64,000 nucleotides of DNA, taken from IMG/VR virus record IMGVR_UViG_3300010334_000030, positions 32,001-96,000 of that record. One strand, 5' to 3'. A program made the translations under genes and the position numbers. The stretch's first letter is position 1; each line of letters opens with the position of its first letter. Below the pieces are notes generated by a model. That model was not told where the DNA came from. It searched no databases and saw only the letters and a program-made list of their open reading frames with translations. Shown in pieces: positions 62,776-64,000 of this stretch. The DNA is from a virus.

Positions 62776-63477
62776 TTATTTAGATTTGGAAACTCTACTA
62801 AGGTGAGCAATTATTTCCATTTTTTGAGAAGGAGATTCAGTTTCTCCAGTTTCAGTTTTATGAGTGTGTGAATTAAAAAGCTTCATAAAAGAATCTCCAA
62901 GGACTAACCTCTCGATTGCATTTTCTCCAAGCTCTATGCTAGAGCTATTAACAATAACTGTTTGTTTTCCGTTCTTCCTCTCCATGCGGATTTCATCGTC
63001 GTTCATTTTCAGAACAATCCTAAGATTTTCAGATCCATCTTTTGCGTTTTGAGTATCTAGTTGTATTGTTGCCTCCCCTAATTGAAATACCAATCCCTTC
63101 CTACGTGTATAGATCATTTTAAGTGGACCAGGTCGAGCTTCAGAATCGTATATAAGTGATTGCGTACCCTCATAAGAATTATCATCTTTGAGCTCAGATA
63201 AAAGATCATCAGAGATCTCCTTAATCGATTGATAGTTCATTTTATAATAATTATTCTCCTCAAAATGTACACCAACCACAGCTCCAATTCTAGGTATAGA
63301 AAGGTTACCCCCTCCGCCATTTCCACCAAAAGAAAGACCAGAGATTTGCTCTGCCCAAGGAAGATCTTCAACAGGAATATCATCAAGAACTCCGAAGACT
63401 CTCACTCTGGCTCTTCCCTCATAAAGCGGGTCCTTGTTATCTACAACTGAACCCAGGTATGTTTTTTCACTTGGCAT
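62776..63477 (-). CDS. Baseplate central spike (gp5/gpV-like OB-fold, no lysozyme domain)
   Basis: YLGSVVDNKDP...GRARVRVFG...LPWA...P.IG..V.V.F; C-terminal FNSHTH (HxH). Confidence 0.8.
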   Translation of the reverse strand: MPSEKTYLGSVVDNKDPLYEGRARVRVFGVLDDIPVEDLPWAEQISGLSFGGNGGGGNLSIPRIGAVVGVHFEENNYYKMNYQSIKEISDDLLSELKDDNSYEGTQSLIYDSEARPGPLKMIYTRRKGLVFQLGEATIQLDTQNAKDGSENLRIVLKMNDDEIRMERKNGKQTVIVNSSSIELGENAIERLVLGDSFMKLFNSHTHKTETGETESPSQKMEIIAHLSRVSKSK

Positions 63478-63479
63478 TT

Positions 63480-63998
63480 TTATTCAAATTTAGATTTAGG
63501 AGTATTAAGTCCTCCTGTGCTAATATTATATTTATCAGGTGGTTTTAGATTCCCTAAATTTATTGGGGGTTCCATTAAAAAATCTCCAGATACTGGCGGA
63601 TAATCCCTTCCAAGATCACCTCTTACTCTGGATGAAGAGATAGAAGGCGTTGGAGGATACACTGTCCCTGGAGGCTCGTTATTAAAAGTATTTAAAGGGT
63701 TGCCCATATCAAGATCAGGTCTCTGCTGTGAATATACCGGATTAGATCCTAATCCCTTAGCTGGATCCGAATATAATTTTTGATCGTAAACACCAGGGGT
63801 ATTTAGTGAATTGCTGTCGTATTCATTCTTGTAAGTAGAACCATAGCTTCCCGCTCCGAGACTGGATGTATTTGAATCCATTATTGGATTTGAATTTCTA
63901 TAAATACTACCAAAAATTTCTTGCTGGTTTAAATCTGTACCTGCCCCATAATTAGACTTCTCTTTTCCGAGATCTTTCCCTGGATGTGTTGGATATAC
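63480..63998 (-). CDS. C-terminal part of a Pro/Gly-rich protein (5' partial)
   Basis: The frame of ORF 63480..63881 stays open to the window edge (VYPTHPGKDLG...NSNPIMDS); repeated VY/YP...DLG motifs. Confidence 0.6.
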   Translation of the reverse strand, partial: VYPTHPGKDLGKEKSNYGAGTDLNQQEIFGSIYRNSNPIMDSNTSSLGAGSYGSTYKNEYDSNSLNTPGVYDQKLYSDPAKGLGSNPVYSQQRPDLDMGNPLNTFNNEPPGTVYPPTPSISSSRVRGDLGRDYPPVSGDFLMEPPINLGNLKPPDKYNISTGGLNTPKSKFE

Positions 63999-64000
63999 AT

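Overview
AT-rich 64-kb segment of a large T4-like tailed phage (myovirus/jumbo-type). Almost every gene is on the minus strand in standard code 11; phoH is the only credible plus-strand gene. In transcription order (right to left): baseplate spike (gp5-like), ribosomal protein S1-like gene, amidoligase-like gene, neck (gp13-like), baseplate gp25/gp6-like and several very large virion proteins, three tandem paralogous collagen-containing fibre proteins, tail-completion-like gene, a replication/recombination block (RuvC-like, gp32, primase, UvsY, GIY-YIG homing endonuclease, UvsW), an operon of probably head-packaged proteins with three different nucleotidyl-transfer domains, small Hc1-, DUF4494- and DUF3008-like genes, and a cluster of collagen-like, lectin and beta-helix fibre genes. 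Hc1/DUF4494-like genes and A-rich leaders without Shine-Dalgarno sites suggest a Bacteroidota host (inference). Best novelty candidates: (1) an apparently virion-packaged ligase + HxGH + Pol-beta nucleotidyltransferase operon; (2) a pervasive G-x-T-G/A motif across virion proteins, possibly a modification sequon; (3) three register-matched collagen paralogues that may form a heterotrimer; (4) a recurrent (G/A)ATATATA late-promoter-like motif. All calls are from reading motifs by eye; no searches were run.
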